From an uncultured Pseudomonadales bacterium (lineage in GTDB: Bacteria > Patescibacteriota > Microgenomatia > UBA1400 > PJMF01), in assembly GCA_964583625.1 (NCBI GenBank), contig CAZOVA010000003.1, forward strand, positions 5,038-69,037: 64,000 bases of DNA, in the 5' to 3' direction. Made by a program: the position numbers and the translations under genes. How positions within the stretch are numbered: the first letter of the stretch is position 1; every line of letters begins with the position of its first letter. Positions 56,173 through 64,000 of the stretch are shown in pieces. A model generated the notes under the pieces. The model was given only the letters and a program-made list of their open reading frames with translations, did not search any database and was not told where the DNA came from.

Positions 56173-57312
56173 ATGACATTAGATCTTCTTTTTACTCGTG
56201 GAATACAACAAATTTTACCTCAGACTGAATCCTTACAAGCCTTGGCTCAAGAAAAAAAACTTCGTCTCTATTTGGGCATTGATCCTACGGGAGCCCTTTT
56301 GCATTTGGGACACAGTGTCGTTTTGCGTAAATTGCAACAGTTTGCTCAAGCAGGACACGAGGTGATTCTGCTAGTAGGTAATGGAACAGTCAAAATTGGA
56401 GATCCTACTGGTCGAGACAGCACCAGACCAGTTTTAACTGATGCTCAAATTGCCGACAACTTTAAGGACTGGCAGAAACAAGCCAGTAAGGTTTTAGATT
56501 TCGATAAAATAGCAGTTCGCTACAATGCTGATTGGCTCGATCAACTTAATTATGAAAAGATTATTAAAATTTTAGCTACCAGTACGGTGCAACAGTTATT
56601 AGAGAGAGACATGTTTCAAGAAAGATTGAAGAAGGGTTTACCAATTTTTACTCACGAAATTATTTACCCCTTACTTCAGGGTTATGATAGCGTTGTTTTA
56701 GATGTTGATTTAGAAATAGGTGGTTCGGATCAAACTTTTAATATGTTAATGGGTCGTCATTTACAAAAAATATACCGACAAAAAGAAAAGTGGATTTTGA
56801 CTACTCCAATTATCAATGGTCTTGATGGAAGAAAAATGAGTAAAAGTTTTAATAATTATATTGCTTTAACTGATGAAGCAGATAAGATGTATTTTAAAAT
56901 TATGACTTTGCCCGATGATCTAATTTTAACTTATTTTGAACTCTTAACTGACAAATCAAGTTCGGAGATAGAACAAATGAGGGTGGCTCTACAAAATGGA
57001 GAAAATCCTTTGATTTTCAAAAAAATTCTAGCTGAAACCATTACTACCTTTTATCACAATCAAAGCTTAGCTCAAAATGCCGCTCATCTATGGCAAAAAA
57101 CTGTTTCTGAAAAAGAAATTCCTAGCAATCTTCCTTTGGTTGAAGTAGAGAATTTACAAGCATCTCTTTTTACTTTGGCTAAAAGAGCTCAACCAGAAAT
57201 GAGCAATAGCCAATTGCGCCGTCTTTTGGAGCAGGGGGCAATTGAACTTAAAGACAAACAAATTTTACGTATCGGTAAAAAAAACTTTTATCAGTTAGTT
57301 GAAAAAAAATGA
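56173..57312 (+). CDS. tyrS: Tyrosine--tRNA ligase
   Basis: HIGH (HLGH) and KMSKS motifs, C-terminal S4-like domain. Confidence 0.9.
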   Translation: MTLDLLFTRGIQQILPQTESLQALAQEKKLRLYLGIDPTGALLHLGHSVVLRKLQQFAQAGHEVILLVGNGTVKIGDPTGRDSTRPVLTDAQIADNFKDWQKQASKVLDFDKIAVRYNADWLDQLNYEKIIKILATSTVQQLLERDMFQERLKKGLPIFTHEIIYPLLQGYDSVVLDVDLEIGGSDQTFNMLMGRHLQKIYRQKEKWILTTPIINGLDGRKMSKSFNNYIALTDEADKMYFKIMTLPDDLILTYFELLTDKSSSEIEQMRVALQNGENPLIFKKILAETITTFYHNQSLAQNAAHLWQKTVSEKEIPSNLPLVEVENLQASLFTLAKRAQPEMSNSQLRRLLEQGAIELKDKQILRIGKKNFYQLVEKK

Positions 57313-57422
57313 AAAAAGCTACTAAAACAAAAATGCGCAACCTTATTATTCTGCTTTTAATTATCCTTTTTATTTTTGGTGGAGCTGTGGGAGCATTAAT
57401 GAGTTTGTTTTCTTCAGTTTAA
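57309..57422 (+). CDS. Small hydrophobic peptide (37 aa), ATGA-coupled to the tyrS stop
   Basis: MKKATKTKMRNLIILLLIILFIFGGAVGALMSLFSSV; below the ORF-track length cutoff. Confidence 0.3.
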   Translation: MKKATKTKMRNLIILLLIILFIFGGAVGALMSLFSSV

Positions 57423-57425
57423 ATT

Positions 57426-58634
57426 TTAGAATTGTTCGCCAATTTTATTCCACAAAGACTGATATTCACCCTCATAACCGAGAGCCCAAATAGCCATACC
57501 ACTTAAATTGAGTTTTCTCACTAAGTCCATTTTATAACCAACTGATCTTTCATTTTCAAAAAAGCCAATATGCCATCTTTCTGTTTCTTCATTGTAAAAA
57601 GTTAAATAAGGAGTGAGAGAATTTTCATCCCATTTTTCTTTAGCCTGATATTTCTTATCTTTTAAAATATTTTGTGCTCCTCTATAAGTCAAGGTTTCAC
57701 CAGTATCAGGATAGGTTTTGGCTGTTTGTAGATTATCAGTTGTCGTCTCCCAAGCATAACCATAAAAAGGAATTACTAAAATAATTTTGTCACTCGGAAC
57801 AAATCGTAGTAAACTTTGCACATCACCCCAAATATCTCCTTGCCAAATACTTTTGCTCAAAGTGGGAGCACTCGGGCCGGGAACAGTGGAGCTTTTAGTT
57901 TTATAATCATAACCCATAATCATTACCCGATCTACAATCTTCCCTAGTTTGGCAAAATCCCAAATATTATTCATATTAGCCGCTCCCCCATAAACATCAA
58001 TAGAAAGCTTTGTTCGTGGATAAGAATAATCCAGCATAGTTCGCAAACGATGGACAAAATCAGTAAATTGGTCTCTCTCTTCCTGACTAATAAAGCCCAA
58101 ATATTCCAAATCAAGATTAACTCCATCCAATTGATCGTCACGTACGACGGTTTCAATATTTTTAATTAACAAATCTTGACAAGAGCGACAATTAATGAGC
58201 TTTTTAATCTCTTGACTTTGAGAAGTGAAAAAAGTGACTTCAAGTTTAATTTTTTTGCGATCAATTTGCTGGGTAATTTTTTGCCATTTTTCACTTTGAT
58301 AAAGATCATAGGCACCATCTTTTTCTATTTCGCCCTGACCATTAACTGCCAGACGAAAATAGCTTAAGTGAGTTAGGTGAGGACTTAATTGATAATTATC
58401 CAATTGCCAATAGGGTAAAAAACCATATAAAACACCCAATTTTTTCTCTGCACTCACACTAGCCTCTCTCTGATAACTGCCTAAAATTTTCTCTTGATCC
58501 ATCAACTGACTAACAACAGGAAAAACAATTTCTTTTTGATTTCCAAGTTTAAAATTCAAAAACCAAAAACTAAAAACCAGTAAGAAGAAAATCAGACTTA
58601 AAGACAACCAATTAAATTTCTTTTTAATCGCCAT
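57426..58634 (-). CDS. Glycoside hydrolase family 18-like protein, membrane-anchored
   Basis: DGVNLDLEY (DxxDxDxE) catalytic motif; N-terminal TM. Confidence 0.7.
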   Translation of the reverse strand: MAIKKKFNWLSLSLIFFLLVFSFWFLNFKLGNQKEIVFPVVSQLMDQEKILGSYQREASVSAEKKLGVLYGFLPYWQLDNYQLSPHLTHLSYFRLAVNGQGEIEKDGAYDLYQSEKWQKITQQIDRKKIKLEVTFFTSQSQEIKKLINCRSCQDLLIKNIETVVRDDQLDGVNLDLEYLGFISQEERDQFTDFVHRLRTMLDYSYPRTKLSIDVYGGAANMNNIWDFAKLGKIVDRVMIMGYDYKTKSSTVPGPSAPTLSKSIWQGDIWGDVQSLLRFVPSDKIILVIPFYGYAWETTTDNLQTAKTYPDTGETLTYRGAQNILKDKKYQAKEKWDENSLTPYLTFYNEETERWHIGFFENERSVGYKMDLVRKLNLSGMAIWALGYEGEYQSLWNKIGEQF

Positions 58635-61026
58635 ACATTCTCGCTCCCATGCCTTCCTTAACTAAGTATGGTTTGTCTCCAATAGTTTTACCATTCTCAT
58701 CAGTGGCTCGCTGGCAATCAAGACAATAATAGTCCAAAAGCGGATCTTGAGCAATCATTTGCTCTCTGGCCTCTAAACCCTCTTGTGGTTCTCCTTCTAA
58801 AGGAGGGAGACCAGTTTCTGGTCTTACCCAAACTCCTTCTTTGCGCACATTAGAACGGGTGGGGTAACTTTCTGACCAAAAAAGATCTTTTTTGGTTTCT
58901 CCACAGCTACCGCCAGGAAGCTCATTGCCTTCTTCATCAAAAACTCTTTCCAATTTGGCGGCTGGTCTACCAGTCCAACAAACACTGCCCTCTTCTACCT
59001 CAGTGGGTTTTTCTGGCCAACTAACTGCTTGATCCTTTAAAAGATAAGTCATTAACTGATTCCAAATAGGCGCGGCGCCTGTTACTCCAGACACTAGGCG
59101 ACTGTTCATGGCTTTGCCATCAGTATTACCGACCCAAACGGCGATTAGATAGTTCGGAGTAAAGCCGATTGTCCAGTTATCTTTTACATCATTGGTCGTT
59201 CCAGTCTTAACGGCTACATCTTTTTCTTTAATTACTAATTCGCTTCTTGGACCAAAACCCAACCAGCGAGCACGGTCGTCACGCATAATTTGGGTTGTTA
59301 GATAGGCGCTGGCTCGATGCAAAACTGGCGTGATTTCTACTTGGTTCAAGTCTGACTGAGCAGCAGCCATTTCCTCTAGTTGCAAATCGTGAACAATATT
59401 TTCTCTGCCAGCAATATCGGCTTGATATAGAACATTTCCTTGATAATCTTCTACCTTTAAAACTGATAAAAGAGGAACTTTGATGCCTTGATTAGCTAGA
59501 GCACCAAAAGAAGTGGCCATATCTATCATCTTTACTTCTCCACCACCCAAACTCAAAGACCAGCCATAGTTTTTGGGGTCAGTCCAGGTGGAAATACCCA
59601 TTTTAGTAGCCTGGTCAATAAAGCTTTCCAAGCCAATAATCCTTAAGGTTTTTACAGCGGGGATATTAAGCGAACTGCCTAAAGCTTGCCTAACGGTAGT
59701 CGGGCCATTAAATCCTCCAGTATAATTTTTTGGACAATAAAGCGGTCGACCAATATTTTCAAAGCAGGTAGGAACATCTAAAATTACACTTCCAGGACTT
59801 AAAATCTTCTGTTCGAAAGCAGTCGCATAGACCAAAGGTTTAATCGAAGAACCAGGCTGGCGTAAAGCAGTGGTAACATTAACTTGCCCATCATGTTCTT
59901 CATCATAATAATCCTTACTTCCCACCATCGCCAAAATTTCACCAGTGATTGGTTTAGTAATTAGAGCGGCTCCATTACCCACTCGCAATCTTTCTAAATC
60001 TTCAAGTTCAGCCGACAATGTGGCTTGGGCTGTTTCTTGTAAGGATAAATCAAGAGTAGAAGTGATCCGCAGACCTCCTTTGAGGACTTTTTCCTTGCCA
60101 AATTGTTCATAAAGTTGATCACGAAGATAGAAAACAAAATGAGGCGCTTTGATTTCTATTCTTTTACTAGCATAATGAAGCTCCTCAGCCAAAGCTTGAT
60201 CGGCCTGTTCCTGAGTAATAAATTTAAGATCAATCATATTTTTCAAAACCTCCGCTTGTCTGTTTTTGGCCGCACTGGCATCACTAGCAAAAGGAGAGTA
60301 TTTACTTGGAGCTTGAGGTAAACCCGCTAAAAGGGCCGCTTCCGCCAAACTTAAATTGGCTGCCTTTTTGCCAAAATAATAATCAGCTGCGCTCCCAATT
60401 CCTACCGCTGTTCCGCCATAAGGAATATAATTGAGATACATTTCCAAAATTTGGTCTTTGTCATAACGCATTTCAGTAATAACTGCCAAAATTATTTCTT
60501 TAAATTTACGGTCATAAGATTTTTCGGCGGAGAGAAAAGCTTTTTTCATTAATTGTTGCGTAATAGTGGAGCCCCCTTGAGAAATTTCTCCTCTTGAACG
60601 GTTAACAATAAAAGCTCTAATAATACCCATCAGATCAAAGCCCCAGTGGCGATAAAATTTTTTATCTTCAATGGCAATACTCGCTTGCCCTACATAAACA
60701 GGTAGGTTTTCTAGTTTTACAAGGATTCTTCTTTCTTCATCATAAAACTCATAAAGTTTTTGGCCATGACGATCATAAAGTTGACTAGCCACGCTAAAAC
60801 GCTCATTTCCCTCTGTTAATTCTTCAGGTGAAGGTAAATCTTTTACCAGGGGCCAAATCTTAAAGAAAAAGAAACTGCCCAAAAGTAAGAAAATAACTAA
60901 ACCCGCATAAAGCCAAAGCTTTCTCTTAAAAGCTCTTCTTTTTTTGCTTTGTCTTTTCTTCCTAAAAGCGCTTGATTTTACCTTTCTGGCTTTCAGACGA
61001 GAGTTAACCTGGTCAAACTTTTTCAT
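58624..61026 (-). CDS. Class A penicillin-binding protein (GT51 + transpeptidase), copy 2, with Cys-containing C-terminal extension
   Basis: EDKKFYRHWG, QGGSTITQQL, SSIKP, KTGTTN; C-terminal 4-Cys tail (CWTG...SCGE...YYCLDC). Confidence 0.85.
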   Translation of the reverse strand: MKKFDQVNSRLKARKVKSSAFRKKRQSKKRRAFKRKLWLYAGLVIFLLLGSFFFFKIWPLVKDLPSPEELTEGNERFSVASQLYDRHGQKLYEFYDEERRILVKLENLPVYVGQASIAIEDKKFYRHWGFDLMGIIRAFIVNRSRGEISQGGSTITQQLMKKAFLSAEKSYDRKFKEIILAVITEMRYDKDQILEMYLNYIPYGGTAVGIGSAADYYFGKKAANLSLAEAALLAGLPQAPSKYSPFASDASAAKNRQAEVLKNMIDLKFITQEQADQALAEELHYASKRIEIKAPHFVFYLRDQLYEQFGKEKVLKGGLRITSTLDLSLQETAQATLSAELEDLERLRVGNGAALITKPITGEILAMVGSKDYYDEEHDGQVNVTTALRQPGSSIKPLVYATAFEQKILSPGSVILDVPTCFENIGRPLYCPKNYTGGFNGPTTVRQALGSSLNIPAVKTLRIIGLESFIDQATKMGISTWTDPKNYGWSLSLGGGEVKMIDMATSFGALANQGIKVPLLSVLKVEDYQGNVLYQADIAGRENIVHDLQLEEMAAAQSDLNQVEITPVLHRASAYLTTQIMRDDRARWLGFGPRSELVIKEKDVAVKTGTTNDVKDNWTIGFTPNYLIAVWVGNTDGKAMNSRLVSGVTGAAPIWNQLMTYLLKDQAVSWPEKPTEVEEGSVCWTGRPAAKLERVFDEEGNELPGGSCGETKKDLFWSESYPTRSNVRKEGVWVRPETGLPPLEGEPQEGLEAREQMIAQDPLLDYYCLDCQRATDENGKTIGDKPYLVKEGMGARMYGD

Positions 61027-61088
61027 CAGTTGATTATAGCAGAAAATAAAGAATTTTAGCTTTTTTCTGTTGTATAATGCTCTTCACT

Positions 61089-62075
61089 ATGAGTCAATTA
61101 AAGAAGAAACCTAGCCCTGTAAAACTTAAACCAGCCTTCCAAAACTATCTTTGGGGAGGAACTAATCTGCGCGACCTTTATCATAAAAACGTCCCTAAGG
61201 GGTGGCGAATGATTGCTGAATCTTGGGAACTATCAACTCATGAGAATGGTCTTAGTTTAATTGATTCTGGAGACTTCGCTGGCAAAACTTTAAAGTCATA
61301 TTTGGAGTATTTTGGACCTAAAGTTTTAGGTAAACGTTTCCAAACAGCTACCCTGCCTATCCTTTTTAAAATTATTGACGCAAAAAAAGATCTCTCTGTT
61401 CAAGTTCATCCTGATGATGATTATGCTTATAAGTATGAAGGACAGGCTGGCAAAACTGAAGTTTGGTATATTTTGCAAGCTAAACCAAAAAGCAGGCTCT
61501 ATTGTGGTTTTAAGAAGAAAATTGACAAAAAAGAATTTAGCCAAAGAATTAAGAACAATACTTTGACTGAAGTTTTGCAAAGCTTAGAGGCCAAGAAAGG
61601 CGATGTCTTTTTTATCCCTGCTGGCACCATTCATGCTATCGGTAAGGGTATAGTTTTAGCTGAAGTACAACAAAATTCTGATTTAACTTATCGACTCTAT
61701 GATTACGGACGCAAAGATTCCCAAGGTAAGACTAGACCTTTGCATATTGATAAAGGTTTGGAGGTGATTGACCTCACTCCTGGTTTGAAAAATAAAAAAT
61801 TCGCTCCCATTCCTCTCAAATCTAAAACTCACATTACAACTTTGGCCAATAGTCCCTACTTTGTAGTTAAAAGCCTAACTATTGACAAAGGGATTGAGCT
61901 TTTAGTTCTAGACGACACCTATCAAGCTCTTTTTGTCGTTAAAGGAAATTTCGTTTTGCATTATCAAGATCAAAAATTCCCACTGAGTATGGGAGAAACT
62001 ATTTTTCTTCCCGCTGACCTAGGCACTTATTTTTTGCAGGGGAAAGGTGAGGTTTTGTTAATCACAGATAATTAA
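61089..62075 (+). CDS. manA: Mannose-6-phosphate isomerase, type I (cupin)
   Basis: LSVQVHPDD, KTEVWYIL, IPAGTIHA motifs; track start 61077 overlaps the TATAAT box, ATG at 61089 preferred. Confidence 0.8.
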   Translation: MSQLKKKPSPVKLKPAFQNYLWGGTNLRDLYHKNVPKGWRMIAESWELSTHENGLSLIDSGDFAGKTLKSYLEYFGPKVLGKRFQTATLPILFKIIDAKKDLSVQVHPDDDYAYKYEGQAGKTEVWYILQAKPKSRLYCGFKKKIDKKEFSQRIKNNTLTEVLQSLEAKKGDVFFIPAGTIHAIGKGIVLAEVQQNSDLTYRLYDYGRKDSQGKTRPLHIDKGLEVIDLTPGLKNKKFAPIPLKSKTHITTLANSPYFVVKSLTIDKGIELLVLDDTYQALFVVKGNFVLHYQDQKFPLSMGETIFLPADLGTYFLQGKGEVLLITDN

Positions 62076-62100
62076 AAATTAATTAGAAAGTTTTTTAATT

Positions 62101-63396
62101 ATGTCAGCTCTGAGTTTAAATTTAACTTATGCGAAAAATTTTTTAGAAAAAGATTTTCCCGCTTCCCTTGAAGAAGAATTACTTGTGGCTCATGATAAGA
62201 TTATCAATAAAACAGGCGCCGGTAATGATTTTTTGGGTTGGGTAAATTTACCGAGCAACTACGATCGTCAAGAACTCAAAACTATTTTACAAACAGCGCA
62301 AAAAGTTCAAACTCAAAGTCAGGCAGTCATTATTATTGGTATCGGTGGTTCCTACTTAGGAGCCAGAGCGGCTTTAGAGGCCCTGCGCTCTCCGCACTAC
62401 AATAATTTACCTAAAAAAACTCCAGACATTTATTTTGCTGGTAATAATTTGAGCGCTAAGCAATTGCTGGAGATCAAAACTTTACTGGGAGAAAAAGATT
62501 TTAGTTTAGTGATTATTAGTAAGTCTGGCACCACTACTGAACCAGCGATTGCTTTCCATTTGTTAAGAAAACTACTTATCGCTAAGTATGGTGAAAAAGA
62601 AAGCGCCACCAGAATTTTTGCTATTACTGATAAAAGCAAGGGAGTACTAAAAACTATGAGTGATAAATTGGGTTATCAAACCTTCGTTGTACCTGACGAT
62701 ATTGGTGGTCGCTATAGTGTTTTAACGGCTGTCGGACTTTTGCCTTTAGCCATTGCTGGTATTGATGTTCAAGCAATGCTTGATGGGGCAAAAAAAGCCC
62801 AGAAAGATTTGAACAATAAAGAGCTGAGTAATCCAGCTTGGCAATATGCGGCTGGTCGGCAATTTTTTTCTCGTCAAGGAAAAACGACAGAAATTTTTAG
62901 CTTTTACCAACCAGAATTAAAGTTTTTCAGTGAGTGGTGGAAACAACTTTTTGGAGAAAGTGAGGGTAAAGAGGGGAAAGGTATTTTTCCTAGTAGTATT
63001 GAATTGACGACCGATCTTCATTCTTTAGGTCAATATGTGCAAGACGGCCAAAGAAACTTAATAGAAACAGTCTTATGGTTGAAAGACTCTGGAGAAGATC
63101 TAAAAATTGAAGCGGATAAAGATAATTTGGATCAGCTAAATTTTTTGCAAGGAAAAACACTCAACTTTGTCAATGAACAGGCTTTTCTGGCCACTGCTTC
63201 GGCCCATGCCGATGGAGGAGTGCCGACCTTTATTATCAACTTAGAAAAAATGGACGAACAATCTTTGGGTTATTTGTTTTACTTCTTTGAGTTTGCCTGC
63301 GCTTTGAGTGCCTATTTAAGTGGTGTTAACCCCTTCGATCAAAATGGAGTAGAGGTTTATAAGCAAAAAATGTTCAAACTCCTAGGAAAAAATTAG
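62101..63396 (+). CDS. pgi: Glucose-6-phosphate isomerase, short form
   Basis: IGIGGSYLGARA SIS motif, GRYSVLTAVG, C-terminal PGI signature. Confidence 0.85.
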   Translation: MSALSLNLTYAKNFLEKDFPASLEEELLVAHDKIINKTGAGNDFLGWVNLPSNYDRQELKTILQTAQKVQTQSQAVIIIGIGGSYLGARAALEALRSPHYNNLPKKTPDIYFAGNNLSAKQLLEIKTLLGEKDFSLVIISKSGTTTEPAIAFHLLRKLLIAKYGEKESATRIFAITDKSKGVLKTMSDKLGYQTFVVPDDIGGRYSVLTAVGLLPLAIAGIDVQAMLDGAKKAQKDLNNKELSNPAWQYAAGRQFFSRQGKTTEIFSFYQPELKFFSEWWKQLFGESEGKEGKGIFPSSIELTTDLHSLGQYVQDGQRNLIETVLWLKDSGEDLKIEADKDNLDQLNFLQGKTLNFVNEQAFLATASAHADGGVPTFIINLEKMDEQSLGYLFYFFEFACALSAYLSGVNPFDQNGVEVYKQKMFKLLGKN

Positions 63397-63706
63397 GTTT
63401 TATTTTCAATAAAACTCATATCCCTTTATTTTTCAAAAAAGGATTAGTAAATAGAAGTTGTCTTTTTGTGAAAAAAACATTCTATTTTTCTTTTTAGAAA
63501 AATAAAACACCGCGGTAACCGTAGAATTAATTGATAACTCAAGGATAATCGCAGTGTTTAGCCTCACCGGGCAAGACATATAATACCTGAAAGTTTTTAA
63601 TTTGCAAGGGCTAAAAAATGACGATACAAAAGCCAATAAGAGACAAACTAGAGTAAGGAAAAAAATCTTATAAGACTATATAATTCCAGCACTTTTTGCA
63701 TTAAAC

Positions 63707-63979
63707 TCAAACAAAAAACCAATGCCATAAAAAGCGTAAAAACCTAAAGGGAGCAGTTAGTAAACGCCATAAGAGATCGGGTCGATCTTCTTCTCCTTTT
63801 ACCCAAACTGAAATTATTAACCAAAGCTGCTCTTTTTCTTTCCAAAGAGCAATTGTTTGATACAGACGACTACCTTGTTGTTTGATAAATTTTTTTTGCC
63901 CCTGCCCAAGCTCTAAAACTTTATCGGGATTGATAATGGTTTGCTCAATCCCCAAACGACTCATTTTCCTTTTACTCAT
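63707..63979 (-). CDS. Hypothetical small protein
   Basis: 90-aa ORF at the window edge; no confident family. Confidence 0.3.
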   Translation of the reverse strand: MSKRKMSRLGIEQTIINPDKVLELGQGQKKFIKQQGSRLYQTIALWKEKEQLWLIISVWVKGEEDRPDLLWRLLTAPFRFLRFLWHWFFV

Positions 63980-64000
63980 TCTGCTGAGGGCGTGTTTGGT

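Noticed and set aside
63440-63560. Possible tRNA or structured RNA around CACCGCGGTAACCG
   Set aside because: No acceptor-stem complementarity or cloverleaf could be built on either strand.

Overview
This is a low-GC (~35-38%) bacterial chromosome segment whose gene content fits a small, streamlined Candidate Phyla Radiation / Patescibacteria-type genome. It contains a split transketolase, a eukaryote/archaeal-type dimeric GlyRS, an ATP-dependent DNA ligase, a short Pgi, a type I PMI, and many glycosyltransferase and envelope genes. UGA is used as a stop codon.

Gene content in order:
- The end of a dcw-type cluster: rsmH (3' end), an ftsL-like gene and ftsI.
- Two small secreted/membrane gene blocks.
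- tRNA-Ser(UGA), followed by a block of unknowns: a DUF2130-like coiled-coil protein with a PD-(D/E)xK-like motif, two hypotheticals and DUF488.
- nadE, glyQS, murE-like, murC, dxs, an ATP-dependent DNA ligase, GT2, a PfkB kinase and a LOG-family protein.
- Three consecutive promoter-driven envelope genes, the middle one strikingly GC-rich and probably horizontally acquired.
- A DUF368 membrane protein, gpmI and an enolase with substitutions at two catalytic residues.
- Split transketolase, then a Cys-rich secreted protein.
- An operon of an Fe-S PD-(D/E)xK (Cas4/AddB-like) nuclease and a DUF1704 (MATCAP-like HExxH) peptidase.
- Two paralogous class A PBPs, recQ, and a reduced RNase P RNA candidate with its own promoter.
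- frr, rseP, DUF3048, prfB (no frameshift), malQ and tRNA-Gly(CCC).
- ispH-ispF-ispE, murJ, a glycan-assembly cluster (O-antigen ligase-like, GT-C, GT4, GT2), a DHH phosphoesterase, tyrS, GH18, manA and pgi.

No CRISPR array, transposase, integrase or rRNA was seen. A recurring TRTGnTATAAT extended -10 with a shared upstream module marks several strong promoters. Several genes appear to be leaderless or near-leaderless. Non-ORF coordinates are approximate (±2 nt).
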